A stretch of 64,000 nt of DNA, taken from positions 1 through 64,000 of the IMG/VR virus record IMGVR_UViG_3300014208_000024; one strand, given 5' to 3'. This DNA comes from a virus. Taxonomy: Duplodnaviria > Caudoviricetes. A program made the position numbers and the translations under genes. The notes beneath the pieces are model-generated. The model was not told the origin of the DNA and made no database searches. It saw only the letters and a list, made by a program, of their open reading frames with translations. The stretch's first letter is position 1, and every line of letters starts with the position of its first letter. Of the stretch, positions 63,761 to 64,000 are shown piece by piece.

Positions 63761-64000
63761 TCATTTAACTATAGCATGATGTTCCCAATATTCAACGCTT
63801 TTTTCATATCTATCTTTGTCAATAGGCATCCCAGACCCTCCGTGTTCTATCCCCAAAGCATTTCTCATTATTGTAATTGGTGTTTGAGGAATTTCAACAT
63901 TTACTTCTTGTCCGAGAATAGCAACAATTCCCCAATCTGCATCAAACCCAAAAATTTCCGTTGTATTATCCTTTGCCATTGCTACTGCTTCTTTTTCAAT
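63761..64000 (-). CDS. Hypothetical protein, C-terminal part (frame is open to the window edge)
   Basis: ITIMRNALGIEHGGSGMPID. Confidence 0.6.
   Translation of the reverse strand: MEKEAVAMAKDNTTEIFGFDADWGIVAILGQEVNVEIPQTPITIMRNALGIEHGGSGMPIDKDRYEKSVEYWEHHAIVK

Overview
Very AT-rich segment of a jumbo (T4-like) phage genome, probably infecting a Bacteroidota host (TAnnTTTG -7 promoter elements). It is a translation/RNA hub. It holds about 39 linear tRNA or tRNA-like genes in five minus-strand arrays, RtcB and Rnl2-like RNA ligases, an RF1-like release factor with a prfB-style +1 frameshift at UAG, a 4.5S SRP RNA, a ~730-nt structured ncRNA and many free-standing homing endonucleases. It also holds a split restriction-modification module (Mrr-like nuclease, SF2 helicase, N6A methyltransferase) and a partial TnpB. 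Two systems stand out. (1) Ten copies of a conserved, covarying RNA cassette (outer stem-TGGYMA-inner stem-TWCWTC^G ... cargo ... inner stem-WWTWCC-outer stem). Most cargos are circularly permuted tRNA genes (3' half before 5' half) that rejoin seamlessly at the conserved ^G, four of them with an exactly 16-nt acceptor linker. (2) Each of the five tRNA arrays is preceded by a leader peptide rich in the amino acids of its own downstream tRNAs, with terminator/antiterminator pairing, which looks like ribosome-mediated attenuation of phage tRNA operons. All calls were read by eye; no searches or folding programs were run.
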